Source: Ancylonema sp. (taxonomy: Eukaryota). Taken from it: 20,000 bases of DNA. The DNA lies in NCBI GenBank assembly GCA_050230475.1, contig JBFLGF010000152.1:45662-65661 (forward strand), written 5' to 3'. The position numbers were made by a program, and so were the translations under genes. This document shows positions 19,551-20,000 of this stretch, piece after piece (positions within the stretch are counted from its first letter, which is position 1; every line of letters starts with the position of its first letter). The notes beneath the pieces are model-generated. The model was not told the origin of the DNA. It made no database searches and saw nothing but the letters and a program-made list of their open reading frames with translations.

Positions 19551-20000
19551 CTGCACCTCAAAATATCTTCGTCAAAAGTGCACAGGCGATGACTCTGACC
19601 TAGTGCAAGGACACTCATAACCAAGGGACCTGGTCATCATATTGAAACTAAGATAGAGAGGAAGCACAGCTCAGGTCACAAGAAGAGGCAACAAGTTATG
19701 GAAAGACAACATGCTTCAGAGAAGCACACAGGTGTATTGATCCTGCATGTAGCACGTGACTTCCTGTCTCGGACGGCACAAGGAGCGAGAGACTTTTGTA
19801 ACTCTGCGGAGCAGTTGTGGCGAGATACCCGGCGCACAGGTGAAAGCTACACACCAGTCGTGGACATTATGTCCATCCATGAAAATGAACGATGGGAGAA
19901 GGATGGGCTGCTCACCGTAGAGATGGTTGTAAAAAAGCTGAGTCGCACCCGTGGCGCGGACAATGTCTAAGAGGACACCGAATGTGTTGTTGGAAGTCCG

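Noticed and set aside
19698..19970. 90-aa + strand ORF
   Set aside because: It is antisense within the CRY intron upstream of 19550, with no recognisable homology.

Overview
Eukaryotic plant DNA with very short spliceosomal introns and GC-rich exons. It looks like an early-diverging land plant such as a hornwort or other bryophyte, but that is an inference. Left to right: (1) the last coding segment of an unidentified + strand gene; (2) a convergent, apparently intact 11-exon, 1036-aa UBA1-like ubiquitin-activating E1 gene (- strand, 5255->1440) that keeps the catalytic Cys but has lost several normally near-invariant motifs (SNLxRQ->SNLGTQ, ALDN->ATDD, FEKDDD->FQGEEE, PAIATT->PGIVTT); (3) a 4-kb cluster of decayed CRE-like (restriction-like endonuclease) non-LTR retrotransposon copies in a three-layer nest: an old minus-strand copy is split by a younger plus-strand copy (~17-19-bp TSD), which is itself split by a 1150-bp TG..CA solo LTR with an AGGG TSD; (4) a ~3.9-kb tandem duplication (9776-13667 / 13669-17591) carrying two intact 3-exon START/SRPBCC (polyketide-cyclase-like) genes and an orphan copy of the cryptochrome 3' end; (5) the 3' four exons of a plant cryptochrome (- strand) whose 5' exons lie beyond the window. 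All gene models and alignments were derived by hand, and no database search was run.
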